DNA from: Raillietiella orientalis
Lineage: Eukaryota
DNA length: 64,000 nucleotides
NCBI GenBank assembly: GCA_036172245.1
Contig: JAYWIR010000040.1
Span: forward strand, 682,001-746,000
Direction: 5' to 3'
Part shown: positions 63,447 to 64,000 of the stretch, in pieces
Layout of the letters: the number at the start of each line of letters is the position of its first letter
Numbering within the stretch: the first letter of the stretch is position 1
The notes under the pieces: generated by a model
Database searches by the model: none
What the model was told of the DNA's origin: nothing
What the model saw: only the letters and a program-made list of their open reading frames with translations
Position numbers and translations under genes: made by a program

Positions 63447-64000
63447 GTCGCTTGTTCGAATCCGAAGATGAGCTTCACGATTTGGGTCCATCCGCGAGGC
63501 GAGCACTCATGCAAGGAGAAAGGCAGAAAGGCAGAAAGGGGAACGCGGTGAATGGACTAACTGCCTTCGACTCCTGGGCGGCAGCTATCGCATGCCCTGA
63601 GGGGGAGTCTCCCGTGAGGACCACTTTCTCCCTCAACATTCGCTCATTACTGTTAAAAGGTTGTCTCGGTACGGGATGATGACCCGATAAAAGCACGTGA
63701 TGAATAGCGGCGACGGCTCCGGGCGAGCGGGAGGAACGCGGCATGAGCCCGAGGGGGGAACGTCGAGCCTGTCAAGATGGATGAAGATCGCTCGTGGCGC
63801 TGACGAGGACCAATCGCTGGGAATCCGGAAGCCGCGGTGGAGTCAACTCTGGTGGGGTTTGCGCTACCCGGCGGTCGTCTCGGCAGCACTTCGCGCGCAC
63901 CGAGGAGAGCTCTCAAGGAAGCGCCGGGGAGGGGGAAACGAAACATTCCGACATCCTCCCCTCCCCCCCCCCTTCCCAACCTTCTCACCCCGGTGATTCT

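Noticed and set aside
1..64000. CRISPR array, operons or other prokaryotic systems
   Set aside because: No regularly spaced repeats or gene-dense coding; spliced gene, microsatellites and LINEs indicate a eukaryote.

Overview
Eukaryotic genomic DNA, repeat-rich, probably a non-vertebrate animal (50-52 bp introns). One clearly supported gene: a 5-exon Rnd/RhoE-type atypical Rho GTPase on the minus strand (40459 to about 53777, start codon unresolved), with GTPase-dead substitutions and a CVLL CaaX box. The rest is mostly decayed transposons: L1/Tx1-like LINE fragments, other non-LTR RT remnants, a gypsy-like gag remnant, a hAT MITE, and at least 7 pieces of a ~770 bp repeat with a tRNA-like (Pol III) head. 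The most notable structure is two differently 5'-truncated Tx1-like LINE copies inserted antisense at the same position (GCGGCACTGG target, 10 and 12 bp TSDs) in two copies of the tRNA-headed repeat, with empty-site copies in the same window. This suggests a site-specific retrotransposon targeting a Pol III repeat. A ~650 bp near-identical inverted pair of this repeat lies inside intron 2 of the Rnd gene. All alignments were made by eye; no searches were run.
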